A DNA stretch of 64,000 nucleotides, from the NCBI GenBank assembly GCA_937967955.1, contig CALBUB010000015.1, forward strand, positions 758-64,757, written 5' to 3'. Origin of the DNA: an uncultured Bacillota bacterium. GTDB lineage: Bacteria > Bacillota > Clostridia > Tissierellales > Tepidimicrobiaceae. A program made the position numbers and the translations under genes. Under the pieces are notes generated by a model, which made no database searches, had not been told where the DNA came from, and worked only from the letters and a program-made list of their open reading frames with translations. Numbering within the stretch: the first letter of the stretch is position 1; each line of letters begins with the position of its first letter. Shown one piece after another: positions 1-9,294 of this stretch.

Positions 1-273
1 TTAGGTAAATATGATGCCTATAAAATTCCTAAAAAGGGTCTAATAGAACTGGATGGAGTTATAGGAGTTTATATTAGAGATGTAAGTGGTATAGTAAGAT
101 TTAGACCTGTGGAAATTTTAAAGGAAGAGAAAGATTATGTTTACATAAGTACTGGAGACAAAAATGGTAGGATAAATTCTAAGAATGCTAAAGAGCCTGT
201 AAAGACAGTAAGCCAATTTGATGAGATCCTATTAAATCCAAAGAAAGTAGAAGAAGGTATGATAATAAACTAA
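1..273 (+). CDS. 3' end of a CDS that starts upstream of the window; product not identifiable from the 90 visible codons
   Basis: Frame 1 is open from the window edge to TAA 271-273 (ends ...SQFDEILLNPKKVEEGMIIN). No diagnostic motif recognised. Confidence 0.5.
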   Translation, partial: LGKYDAYKIPKKGLIELDGVIGVYIRDVSGIVRFRPVEILKEEKDYVYISTGDKNGRINSKNAKEPVKTVSQFDEILLNPKKVEEGMIIN

Positions 274-292
274 TATTAAGGGGGTAATTAAA

Positions 293-982
293 ATAGACAT
301 CAAGGAAAATTTAGACCTAATTAAAAAAGATATACAAGAAGCTTTAGTTAAGTCAGGAAGGACTGATTCCAAGGTTGAAATTATAGCAGTAACCAAAACT
401 GTAGATGTAGATAGAATTAATGAAGCAATAAACTTAGGGATTAAAAATATAGGAGAAAATAGGGTTCAAGAATTGGTTGAAAAGTACGATAAAATAGGTG
501 ATAGAGCAAATTTTCATATGATTGGACATCTTCAATCTAATAAGGTCAAATACATAATCGATAAAGTAAGCCTAATCCATTCATTAGATAGATTATCTTT
601 AGCAAAGGAATTGCAAAAAAGGGCAAGGAAATTAGGAATTACTGTAAACGCCCTTATCCAAGTAAATGTGGCTGAAGAAGAAAGCAAATTTGGGCTAAAG
701 GTAGATGAAGTGATACCCTTTATAAAGGAAATAAAAGCTTTTGAGAATATTAAGATAAAAGGCTTAATGACTATAGCACCATATGTGGAAGACCCTGAAG
801 AGGTTAGATGGGTTTTTAGAGATTTGCGTAAGCTTAGCCAAGATATTGCAAAAATGAATTTTGAAAATGTAGAGATGAATATCCTATCTATGGGGATGAC
901 TAATGATTATAAAGTAGCTATTGAAGAAGGGGCAAATATGATAAGGATTGGAACTGGCCTATTTGGGAAGCGAAATTACTAA
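293..982 (+). CDS. ylmE: YggS/YlmE-family PLP-binding (PLP homeostasis) protein; start codon apparently non-canonical (ATA 293, or ATT 287)
   Basis: Track ORF starts at TTG 473, but the same frame is open from 269. It encodes the family N-terminus (IKENL..SGR..VEIIAVTK..GENRVQE) upstream of 473. SD AAGGGGG at 278-284; in-frame stop TAA at 266-268. Sits upstream of sepF. Confidence 0.85.
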   Translation: MDIKENLDLIKKDIQEALVKSGRTDSKVEIIAVTKTVDVDRINEAINLGIKNIGENRVQELVEKYDKIGDRANFHMIGHLQSNKVKYIIDKVSLIHSLDRLSLAKELQKRARKLGITVNALIQVNVAEEESKFGLKVDEVIPFIKEIKAFENIKIKGLMTIAPYVEDPEEVRWVFRDLRKLSQDIAKMNFENVEMNILSMGMTNDYKVAIEEGANMIRIGTGLFGKRNY

Positions 983-1000
983 ACTAAAGGAGGAATTCTT

Positions 1001-1447
1001 ATGGCAAACCTGGTCAATAAGCTTAAGTATATAATGGGAATTGATGATTTAGATTATGAAGAAGAGGAGGAACAATACACTTTTGAAGAAGAGGAAGAAG
1101 CCGAAGAATTTCAGGCAAATACACAAGAAAAGAGGATGAGAAACAAAATAGTCAATATACATACTGCTACTAGTATGAAGTTATCTATCCATGAACCATT
1201 AAATTACGATGATGCGCCAAAGATAATAGATGATTTAAAAAGAAGAAGGACTGTTGTGGTCAATTTAGAACAATTAGAACCTGCCACTAAAAGACAAATA
1301 TTTGATTTTATCAACGGAGGAGTATATGCACTGGAAGGGACTATTCAAAAGGTATCTACAGATATATTTGTTCTTGCACCTATAAATGTTGAAATAGATG
1401 GGAATATTAAAGATGAATTAAATAATAGGTTTACTTCTAAATGGTAG
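1001..1447 (+). CDS. sepF: Cell division protein SepF
   Basis: SD AAAGGAGG before the ATG. Short N-terminal amphipathic segment, acidic linker, then a conserved SepF core (VVVNLE..RQIFDF..GGVYAL). Position in the ylm cluster. Confidence 0.9.
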   Translation: MANLVNKLKYIMGIDDLDYEEEEEQYTFEEEEEAEEFQANTQEKRMRNKIVNIHTATSMKLSIHEPLNYDDAPKIIDDLKRRRTVVVNLEQLEPATKRQIFDFINGGVYALEGTIQKVSTDIFVLAPINVEIDGNIKDELNNRFTSKW

Positions 1448-1470
1448 ACTAGATAGTAAAGGAGAATGGT

Positions 1471-1737
1471 ATGCTAGTTGTATATAGAGCAATAAGCATG
1501 TTAGTTGAAATACTAGAACTGCTTATTTTAGTTAGAATAATATTTTCTTGGTTTAGAGTAAGCCCTTATAATCCAATTGCAAGGATTGTTTATGATTTGA
1601 CAGAACCACTCCTTTCTTTAGCAAGAAATTTAATATATAAAATTGGAATAAATACAGGTATATTTGATTTTTCGCCTATTGTTGCCATATTAATGCTAAG
1701 AATAATTTTATCAATTACTAGAGCAATAATATATTAG
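1471..1737 (+). CDS. ylmG: YggT/YlmG-family small integral membrane protein
   Basis: 88 aa with two hydrophobic spans. SD AAAGGAGA. Conserved position between sepF and ylmH. Confidence 0.9.
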   Translation: MLVVYRAISMLVEILELLILVRIIFSWFRVSPYNPIARIVYDLTEPLLSLARNLIYKIGINTGIFDFSPIVAILMLRIILSITRAIIY

Positions 1738-1740
1738 TTA

Positions 1741-2538
1741 TTGGTGATTATATTGAAGCTAGATAAGGAACGATTCATAGCCCATATAAATGATGAAGAG
1801 CAACTAATCAACATGAGAAGAGTACTGGATAAGATTGAAATAGTACTTAATAAGCATATATGTCAGACTACAGATTTTCTCAACCCTTATGAAAGAAAAT
1901 TAGCTAGTTCTATACTCAATAGATTTGCTGATATTCAATATATAGAATTAGGAGGCCTAGAAGAGGCAGAAAGAAAGGTATTACAAATTTATCCTTACTA
2001 TTTACAATATGAGGATTTAGAAGTACCCATTGTAGCCTTCAAAGTAGAAGGCTATAGTGTAAATATTACTCATAGGCATCTATTAGGCTCTATTTTGGGC
2101 CTTGGAATAAATAGGAGTAAAGTAGGGGATATATTAGTACATGAAGGCTATTGTCAATTTGTTGTAAAGGAAGAAATTGCTCCTTATATACAGTTTAATT
2201 TACAAAAAGTTGGTAGCGAAAAAGTAAGTGTTTGCCAGATTCCCTTAGGGGAACTTAAAAGCCCAAATATAGAATATGAACTTAAGAGGGTAAGCGTATC
2301 TTCCTTAAGACTTGATGTATTGCTAAGCAGTGTATGGAATTTATCTAGGAAGGATAGTCAAAAGCTTATAAAAGCTGAAAAGGTAAGAATAAATTGGGAA
2401 CCTATTGGAAAGGTAGCCAAAATTGTGGAAGTTGGGGATCTCATTTCTCTTAGAGGATATGGTAGATTTATTCTTGGTTCAATAGAAGGAATTAATAAAA
2501 AAGGGAAAATTAAGATAGAGATTAAATTATTAAAATAG
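1741..2538 (+). CDS. ylmH: YlmH-like RNA-binding protein with a C-terminal S4 domain
   Basis: 265 aa. C-terminal S4-like segment (RLDVLLSSVWNLSRKDSQKLIKAEKVRINW). Synteny before divIVA. Start uncertain: TTG 1741 has no SD; TTG 1753 follows GGTGAT. Confidence 0.85.
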   Translation: MVIILKLDKERFIAHINDEEQLINMRRVLDKIEIVLNKHICQTTDFLNPYERKLASSILNRFADIQYIELGGLEEAERKVLQIYPYYLQYEDLEVPIVAFKVEGYSVNITHRHLLGSILGLGINRSKVGDILVHEGYCQFVVKEEIAPYIQFNLQKVGSEKVSVCQIPLGELKSPNIEYELKRVSVSSLRLDVLLSSVWNLSRKDSQKLIKAEKVRINWEPIGKVAKIVEVGDLISLRGYGRFILGSIEGINKKGKIKIEIKLLK

Positions 2539-2552
2539 GTGGAGTGATGCTT

Positions 2553-3137
2553 ATGATTACACCCTTAGATATACAAAATAAAGAATTTAGAAGGTCATTG
2601 AGGGGGTATAATGAAGCAGAAGTTGATGAATTTCTTGATGATCTTATGAGGGATTATGAAAAAATTTATAAAGAAAATTTAGAATTGAAAGATAAGATAT
2701 TAGTTCTAAATGAGCAAATAGATAGGTATAACAACTTAGAAAATACCTTAAAGGAAACTTTAATAGTAGCTCAAAGTACTGCAGATGAAGTAATTGCAGC
2801 AGCCAAGGAAAAGGCTAAAAGCATAATAGACAGTGCAAATATTGAAGCAAAAAAGTTAATCGATGAAGCTAATGAGGAAGTACATAAGATAAGAAAAGCA
2901 TATGAAAATTTACTTAGAGAAATGCTTTTATTTAAAACCCGCTATAGATCCTTTATAGAAGCTCAGCTTACTGCTTTAGATGAATTTTATTCTGAGATAG
3001 AAGGCACTGCATATAAAACAAATAAAGAAGACACTGAGAATATTCAAGTAGAAGAAAATGAAGCCTCTTTAAAGGTTGAAAAGCAAGTGGAAGATGAAAA
3101 AGAAAAAGATGAAGATGTGGATCAATTAGGGGCATAA
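2553..3137 (+). CDS. divIVA: DivIVA-family cell division/polarity protein
   Basis: N-terminus MITPLDIQNKEFRRSLRGYNEAEVDEFLD is the typical DivIVA lipid-binding domain, followed by coiled coil. SD AGGTGGAG at 2537-2544 favours ATG 2553 over the track's GTG 2544. Confidence 0.9.
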   Translation: MITPLDIQNKEFRRSLRGYNEAEVDEFLDDLMRDYEKIYKENLELKDKILVLNEQIDRYNNLENTLKETLIVAQSTADEVIAAAKEKAKSIIDSANIEAKKLIDEANEEVHKIRKAYENLLREMLLFKTRYRSFIEAQLTALDEFYSEIEGTAYKTNKEDTENIQVEENEASLKVEKQVEDEKEKDEDVDQLGA

Positions 3138-3146
3138 GCCCTTTTT
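3128..3146 (+). terminator. Weak intrinsic terminator candidate after divIVA
   Basis: GGGC-ATAA-GCCC hairpin followed by TTTTT; overlaps the stop codon. The stem is short. Confidence 0.3.
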
Positions 3147-3215
3147 AACTTTAAATAGTAAATAAATCCCTCCATTTTCATAAAATGTATTATGTGATAG
3201 ACTGGAGGGAGCCTT

Positions 3216-3350
3216 ATGTGGAATCTATATAGAGAAAATGACGATAAATTATTATATTTTTTTATTCTCCTATCTTATATTTGGGATGCTAAATATAGTA
3301 AAAATAGCCTTCTCTTCTTTTTATTGATTCTATTGGCAGCCTTTTCTTAA
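3216..3350 (+). CDS. Unannotated 44-codon ORF, predicted small hydrophobic peptide
   Basis: ATG 3216 lies 4 nt after SD GGAGGGAG (3204-3211). Product MWNLYRENDDKLLYFFILLSYIWDAKYSKNSLLFFLLILLAAFS; stop TAA 3348-3350. Below the ORF-track length cut-off. No homology recognised. Confidence 0.35.
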   Translation: MWNLYRENDDKLLYFFILLSYIWDAKYSKNSLLFFLLILLAAFS

Positions 3351-3379
3351 ACAATGAAATAAATGTAAATTAAGCATTA

Positions 3380-3408
3380 GAATCATAAAAGGATATATGG
3401 GCATATTA
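3380..3408 (+). promoter_or_regulatory. Forespore sigma-G-type promoter candidate for the ylyA-like gene
   Basis: GAATC (3380-3384), 17-nt spacer, CATATTA (3402-3408). Compare the B. subtilis sigma-G pattern GHATR-N17/18-CATxHTA; the last -35 base mismatches. Lies 37 nt upstream of the ATG. Confidence 0.3.
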
Positions 3409-3444
3409 ATCTTATAAATGTTATTGTATTAGAGGAGGAAACAA

Positions 3445-4065
3445 ATGGACCAATCTATGAGAGAATACTTTAGAAGAAGGCTTATTGAAGAGAAGGAAAA
3501 GTTATTAGATAATATCAATAAAATGAAAAATTCAGTAGAATTTGGTGCTATGGATGAATATTATACTGAACTTTCTGCCTATGATAACCACCCAGCCGAT
3601 TTAGGAACTGAAATGTTTATGATGGAACATGATAAGGGTTTGAGAGATAAATTAAATGATACTTTATATGAAATAGAAACTTCTTTAGAAGCCATAGATA
3701 GAGGAGAATATGGGATTTGTGAAGTTTGTGGAAAGGAGATAGATAAAGAAAGATTAGATCTAATACCTTATGTGAAATTGTGTTTAGACTGTTCAAAGAA
3801 AAGAATATCTTTAGAGGATAAAATGGATTTTAGACCTGAAGAGGAAGATAGTATTAGTCCCTTTAGCAACTATGATGATGGCAAGGATTTAAATGCTTTT
3901 GATAGGGAAGATACCTATCAGGAAGTTGCCAGGTATAATAAAATTAGCAATGATCCTTCTGCTAGTACAGGGGATCTTTTAGGAGTTATTGATGATGAAG
4001 ATAGTGGGGTTGTAGAAGAAGTAGAAAATATTTCAAAAGAATATTATGATGATACAATTAAGTAG
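3445..4065 (+). CDS. ylyA: DksA/TraR-type C4 zinc-finger protein, YlyA/YteA-like
   Basis: CEVCGKEIDKERLDLIPYVKLCLDC zinc ribbon. SD AGAGGAGG. Same position as B. subtilis ylyA, upstream of lspA-rluD-pyrR. Confidence 0.85.
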   Translation: MDQSMREYFRRRLIEEKEKLLDNINKMKNSVEFGAMDEYYTELSAYDNHPADLGTEMFMMEHDKGLRDKLNDTLYEIETSLEAIDRGEYGICEVCGKEIDKERLDLIPYVKLCLDCSKKRISLEDKMDFRPEEEDSISPFSNYDDGKDLNAFDREDTYQEVARYNKISNDPSASTGDLLGVIDDEDSGVVEEVENISKEYYDDTIK

Positions 4066-4070
4066 AATAT

Positions 4071-4113
4071 AAGACTTTTCATGAATAACCATGAAAAGTC
4101 TTATATTTTATTT
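4071..4113 (+). terminator. Rho-independent terminator after the ylyA-like gene
   Basis: Perfect 13-bp stem AAGACTTTTCATG / CATGAAAAGTCTT, loop AATAAC, then ATATTTTATTT. Confidence 0.8.
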
Positions 4114-4186
4114 AACAGCAGTTGTAATAAAATTTAATATGACTTAAAATATTATTGTGATAAGTATAATAAAGGAGGCAATATAT

Positions 4187-4651
4187 TTGTATTTTGCTAT
4201 ACCAATATTCATCATATTAGTAGATCAAATAAGCAAATTCTTAGCTGTTAAATATTTAAAAGGAAATGGAGCTTTTGTAATAATAGACAATTTTTTAAGA
4301 TTCTATTATGTGGAAAATTATGGTGCAGCTTTTGGTATATTGAAGGATAGAAGGATATTTTTTATTATTATTACAATAGTAGTTATTATTAGTGTTATTT
4401 TTTTTATGGTAAGATACTCTAGAATCCTTAACAAACCAATAAAAATTGCTTTGTTGATGTTATTAGGTGGTGCAGTAGGAAATTTAATTGATAGAGTAAA
4501 GTTAGGTTACGTAATTGATTTTATTAGTGTTAGGCTTCCTGGAGGCTATAATTTTCCTGTATTTAATTTAGCAGATTCTTTTATAGTTATAAGCACAATA
4601 TTAATAATGTTTTTCGTACTAACTAGCGAACTAGAAAGTTGGGGGAGTTAA
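4187..4651 (+). CDS. lspA: Lipoprotein signal peptidase II
   Basis: Four hydrophobic spans. Motifs NYGAAFG and FNLADS. SD AAGGAGG (4173-4179) favours TTG 4187 over the track's GTG 4157. Confidence 0.9.
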   Translation: MYFAIPIFIILVDQISKFLAVKYLKGNGAFVIIDNFLRFYYVENYGAAFGILKDRRIFFIIITIVVIISVIFFMVRYSRILNKPIKIALLMLLGGAVGNLIDRVKLGYVIDFISVRLPGGYNFPVFNLADSFIVISTILIMFFVLTSELESWGS

Positions 4652-4652
4652 A

Positions 4653-5570
4653 ATGGCTTATTATGAAATACAGGTAGAGGATGATGGGGGTAAAAGGCTT
4701 GATTCCTATATTCCAGACCACATAGAGGACGTTTCTAGATCATATATTTCTAATTTAATTAAAGAAGGCTTAATTTTGGTAAATGGGCAAAAGAAGAAGC
4801 CTAAGTATATAGTCAAAAAAGGCGATATAATACAGATACAGCTGCCAGAAGAAGAGCCATTAGAGCCGGTAGCAGAAGAAATACCTTTAGATATTATTTA
4901 TGAAGATAAAGACATAATTATAGTAAACAAGCCTAAAGGCATGGTAGTACATCCAGCTCCAGGTAATAAGACTCAAACTTTAGTTAATGCTCTATTAAAT
5001 CATACTGATAACTTATCGACAATCAATGGCCCTATAAGGCCAGGCATAGTACATAGATTAGATAAAGATACATCAGGCTTGTTAATAGTAGCTAAAAATA
5101 ATTTTGCCCATGAAAATATAGTGAAGCAGTTAAAAAACCATGAAATAAAAAGGATATATGTAGCCCTTGTCCATGGAATTATAGCTAGGGAGCAGGCAAC
5201 TATAAATGCCCCTATTGGTAGGAATCCTAAAAATAGGCTTAAAATGGCAGTGACAACTGTAAACAGTAAGGAAGCCATAACCCATTATAGGGTTATAGAA
5301 AGATTTGATAGATACACATATGTGGAACTATCCTTAGTTACTGGCAGAACCCATCAAATAAGGGTTCATATGGCATATATTAATCATCCAGTAGTTGGGG
5401 ATCCCTTATACACTAGAAGGAAAAATGAATTTGGAATTAAAAGCCAACTTCTCCATGCAAAAAAACTAGCTTTTAAACATCCAACTACAGGCCAATATAT
5501 GGAGTTTGAAGCTGAAGTCCCAGAAGAATTTAGACAAACTATAAAATTATTAAGATTAAGAAATAGGTAG
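4653..5570 (+). CDS. rluD: 23S rRNA pseudouridine synthase, RluD/RluA family
   Basis: N-terminal S4 domain; catalytic HRLDKDTSGLL motif. Synteny lspA-rluD-pyrR. Confidence 0.92.
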   Translation: MAYYEIQVEDDGGKRLDSYIPDHIEDVSRSYISNLIKEGLILVNGQKKKPKYIVKKGDIIQIQLPEEEPLEPVAEEIPLDIIYEDKDIIIVNKPKGMVVHPAPGNKTQTLVNALLNHTDNLSTINGPIRPGIVHRLDKDTSGLLIVAKNNFAHENIVKQLKNHEIKRIYVALVHGIIAREQATINAPIGRNPKNRLKMAVTTVNSKEAITHYRVIERFDRYTYVELSLVTGRTHQIRVHMAYINHPVVGDPLYTRRKNEFGIKSQLLHAKKLAFKHPTTGQYMEFEAEVPEEFRQTIKLLRLRNR

Positions 5571-6110
<540 letters not shown>

Positions 6111-6122
6111 TATTACATACAA

Positions 6123-6166
6123 GCTCCCCTAAAGTTTGGTAGCAAACCTTAGGGGAGCATTTTATT
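6123..6166. terminator. Bidirectional terminator between convergent pyrR and rqcH
   Basis: 16-bp stem GCTCCCCTAAAGTTTG / CAAACCTTAGGGGAGC with one mismatch, loop GTAG, followed by ATTTTATT. Confidence 0.8.
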
Positions 6167-7931
6167 CCTCTACCATTTTCAATTTATCTATTTTTTCTTT
6201 AGCTGGAGTTACAAATATAGTCTTAAAATTTTCATATATGACCATGCCTGCTTTAGCATCTTTTGGTTTTTTCACATTTTTCCTTTCAGTATAATCTACT
6301 GCCACATTGGTAGAATATTTTCCTTTACTATAATAAGCAGCTAATAAAGCAGCTTCTAATAGGGTATTTTCAGGTACTTGCCTGTTTTCAGCTTTTACAA
6401 TAACATGGCTTCCAGGCATTTTTTGAACGTGGAACCACAGATCATTTTTCTTTGCAGTTCTTAAAGTTAGCATATCGTTTTGCTTATTGTTTTTTCCAAC
6501 ATAAATATGGAAACCGTCTGATGATATATAGTGTAAGGGCTTTGATTTTCTACTTACTTTATTTTTGGATATTTTGCCCTTTAAATATCCTTCTTTAATC
6601 AATTCTTCTTTTATCTCTTCTATCTCAACAACTTCAGTGCAATTATCCAGACTGTTTAATACATTTTCAAGATACTCTATTTCTTCTTCTGTTTCTGGAA
6701 TTTGATTTAGTAGTAGCCTTTCAGCATTTTTCAATTTTGCATATTTTTTATAGTATCTTTGGGCATTTTCTACTGGAGATAGTTTTTTGTCTAAAGGTAT
6801 TTTTATTTTTTCTAAATTTTCATCGTAGAAATTTTCTAATTCTATTTCTTCAAGGCCTTTTTCTATTCTATATAGGTTGGCAGATATTAAATCAGCATAT
6901 ATTTTATATTTTTCTCTTTTTTTACTGTTTAATAGTTCTTGTTTTTGTTTAGATAGTTTATTTATAGCCCTTTCTAGTTTTGTTTGAACTTGCTTTCTTA
7001 TTGTTTGGGATTTTTGTTGAATCCTATCTAATTTGTCATTAATAGTGTAATATTCATCTAAAATCTGGTTTATAGATTCCATATAAATTTTATTATTACT
7101 ACCAAACTGTTGAATATCCAAACAATAAAAAGCCCTATACTGTTGACCATATTCTTTCTTTATTAGAGTAGGCTTGAACTCTTCCTTCTTTATTTTATTT
7201 ATTATTTCTGAAAATACATTAAATAATTTTTCTCCATCTTTTTCTGATAAAGCACCTATTGGACTGTCTATATCAATATTTGCTAAATAACATATTTCTT
7301 TACTAATAATGGGACTTAGGCCCATGTATTTTTCATAGAAGAATTTATATATTTTTTTGCTTTTGTCTTCTTTAGAAAGTAAGTCCAAAAACTCCTCTTT
7401 ATTAGTCCTTAATGGATTTTTTTTGTCATCTTGCTTTGGAAGAATGTAGCTGACACCTGGTAATACTTCCCTTACTCTACTCATGGCTGAGGTTACCCTT
7501 TTAATTGAGTCGATTATCTTTGAGGAAGCTTTATCTATTAATATGATATTGCTATGCTTACCCATAATTTCTATTATAAGTCTTTTAATAACCATATTTC
7601 CCAACTCATCCATAGAAGATATATCAATGAAAATTACTCTATCTATTTGGAACTGTTCAATATTTTGGATTATTCCCCCCACTAGATGTTTCCTTAATAG
7701 CATACAAAACATGGGAGGAGTAGCTGGATTTTGTTTTGAATATCTGGTAAGATGTATTCGGGGGTTACTGCTATTTGCAGATACTAATAGCTTATAGGTG
7801 TTACCTTTATTATAAATGTTTATTATTATTTCGTCTTTTTCTGGCTGATAAATCTTATCTATTTTACCACCTAATATAGTTGTATTTAATTCTTTTATTA
7901 TATTTTTTGTTACAATACCGTCTAGTGCCAT
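6162..7931 (-). CDS. rqcH: NFACT-family ribosome quality control protein RqcH (annotated FbpA, fibronectin-binding protein A, in older genomes)
   Basis: N-terminal NFACT-N (MALDGIV..), central coiled coil, and a C-terminal DUF814-like block (DGFHIYVGKNNKQND..WFHVQKMPGSHV). GGAGG lies 6 nt before ATG 7931. Confidence 0.9.
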   Translation of the reverse strand: MALDGIVTKNIIKELNTTILGGKIDKIYQPEKDEIIINIYNKGNTYKLLVSANSSNPRIHLTRYSKQNPATPPMFCMLLRKHLVGGIIQNIEQFQIDRVIFIDISSMDELGNMVIKRLIIEIMGKHSNIILIDKASSKIIDSIKRVTSAMSRVREVLPGVSYILPKQDDKKNPLRTNKEEFLDLLSKEDKSKKIYKFFYEKYMGLSPIISKEICYLANIDIDSPIGALSEKDGEKLFNVFSEIINKIKKEEFKPTLIKKEYGQQYRAFYCLDIQQFGSNNKIYMESINQILDEYYTINDKLDRIQQKSQTIRKQVQTKLERAINKLSKQKQELLNSKKREKYKIYADLISANLYRIEKGLEEIELENFYDENLEKIKIPLDKKLSPVENAQRYYKKYAKLKNAERLLLNQIPETEEEIEYLENVLNSLDNCTEVVEIEEIKEELIKEGYLKGKISKNKVSRKSKPLHYISSDGFHIYVGKNNKQNDMLTLRTAKKNDLWFHVQKMPGSHVIVKAENRQVPENTLLEAALLAAYYSKGKYSTNVAVDYTERKNVKKPKDAKAGMVIYENFKTIFVTPAKEKIDKLKMVEE

Positions 7932-8072
7932 TTCTAACCTCCACAACTTTTGATAATTAAATTATAACAAATATATAGGTTTATATAAAAATGTTAAAGA
8001 ATTGTAATAAATTATAGACTAAAATGTTTTTAATGTCTAATATATATATGGGCATATTATTTATGCTATAGA

Positions 8073-8100
8073 TTGACAACCATAAGTATAGTGATATGAT
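8073..8100 (+). promoter_or_regulatory. Sigma-A type promoter for the yicC-remA-gmk-rpoZ block
   Basis: TTGACA (8073-8078), 16-nt spacer, TGaTATGAT extended -10 (TATGAT 8095-8100). This placement rules out the track start at 8096. Confidence 0.55.
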
Positions 8101-8122
8101 TATTTACTGGGAGATGATGCAT

Positions 8123-9004
8123 ATGATAAAAAGCATGACTGGTTTTGGAAGGGGAGAGAGTTCAGATGGAGTACATAGCTTCAATGTTGAAGTAAAGACC
8201 GTAAATCATAGATATAATGATATAATAGTAAGGATGCCTAAGCATCTTTTATTTTTAGAGGAAAAGATAAAGAAGTACATTAAAAAATTTATAAGCAGAG
8301 GAAGGGTTGAAGTTTATATAAATTTGGACTATTTAGTTGATTCCAATATTGAAGTAAATGTAAATGTTCCTTTAGCATTAGCCTATAAAAGAGGATTGGA
8401 AAATATTATTAACCAATTAGGAATTGAAGACAATGTCAGTTTATCCCATTTGTTGACCTTGCCTGAAATTGTAAAAACTGAAAGGCAGGAGCCAGATGAA
8501 GATGCTATATGGAGCTGTTTATCAGAAGCTTTAGAAATTGCTCTAGAAAATGTCATGAATATGAGAAAAAAAGAAGGGCTGGAGCTTAAAAAAGATATAG
8601 AAAGACAGTTAAGGAAGTTAGAAGTTTTGATAGCTGAGATAGAAAATAGGGCTCCATTAGTGGTGAGAGAGTATAAAGAAAAATTGGTAGATAGAATTCA
8701 AGAACTTTTAGATGAAGATACTGATTTAGATGAGGAAAGATTAAATCTTGAAGTTGTTTTGTTTGTAGATAAAAGCGATATAAATGAAGAAGTAGTAAGA
8801 TTTAAAAGCCATATAAAACAGTTTTATATGAGTTTAGAACAAGAAGAGCCTATGGGCAGAAAATTAGATTTTTTAATTCAAGAGATGAATAGAGAAGCAA
8901 ATACAATAGGCTCTAAAGCCAACGATTTGGAAATAATAAACAATGTAATGGATATAAAAAGCCAACTAGAAAAAATAAGAGAGCAAGTACAAAATGTAGA
9001 ATAA
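8123..9004 (+). CDS. yloC: YicC/YloC-family protein (stress-induced, endoribonuclease family)
   Basis: N-terminus MIKSMTGFGRGE and C-terminal EMNREANTIGSKAND motif. ATG 8123 follows GGGAGA. Confidence 0.9.
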   Translation: MIKSMTGFGRGESSDGVHSFNVEVKTVNHRYNDIIVRMPKHLLFLEEKIKKYIKKFISRGRVEVYINLDYLVDSNIEVNVNVPLALAYKRGLENIINQLGIEDNVSLSHLLTLPEIVKTERQEPDEDAIWSCLSEALEIALENVMNMRKKEGLELKKDIERQLRKLEVLIAEIENRAPLVVREYKEKLVDRIQELLDEDTDLDEERLNLEVVLFVDKSDINEEVVRFKSHIKQFYMSLEQEEPMGRKLDFLIQEMNREANTIGSKANDLEIINNVMDIKSQLEKIREQVQNVE

Positions 9005-9021
9005 GATAAGGAGGTTAAGGA

Positions 9022-9273
9022 ATGACTTTGGAATTAATAAATATAGGCTTTGGCAATATTGTATCAGCAAACAGAATTGTGGCTATCGTAAGCCCCGAAT
9101 CTGCCCCTATCAAAAGGATGATCCAAGAAGCAAGAGATAACGGCATCTTAATAGATGCTACCTACGGAAGGAGGACTCGTGCAGTAATAATTACAGATAG
9201 CGATCATATCATTCTATCTGCAGTACAACCTGAAACAGTAGCTCAAAGAGTAAATGGTAAAACAAATGACTAA
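9022..9273 (+). CDS. remA: RemA/YlzA (DUF370) regulator of extracellular matrix genes
   Basis: 83 aa with INIGFGN.V...[15 protein letters not shown]...A. Conserved position before gmk. Confidence 0.9.
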   Translation: MTLELINIGFGNIVSANRIVAIVSPESAPIKRMIQEARDNGILIDATYGRRTRAVIITDSDHIILSAVQPETVAQRVNGKTND

Positions 9274-9294
9274 AGATAAAAGGTAGGGATAAGT

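Noticed and set aside
3393-3408. 16-nt identical string ATATATGGGCATATTA at 3393-3408 (before the ylyA-like gene) and 8044-8059 (before yicC); considered as a shared regulatory element.
   Set aside because: My rough estimate for an AT-rich 64-kb window is that a few 16-mer coincidences of this composition are expected by chance. The 8044 copy has no matching -35 element at sigma-G spacing, and a good sigma-A promoter lies just downstream of it.
3138-3444. Looked for a T-box leader or ileS remnant after divIVA (the Bacillus arrangement), and for PyrR binding loops around pyrR.
   Set aside because: No T-box core sequence or specifier/antiterminator architecture is visible. pyrR abuts rluD with no leader and is followed directly by a terminator, so no pyr attenuator is present in this window.
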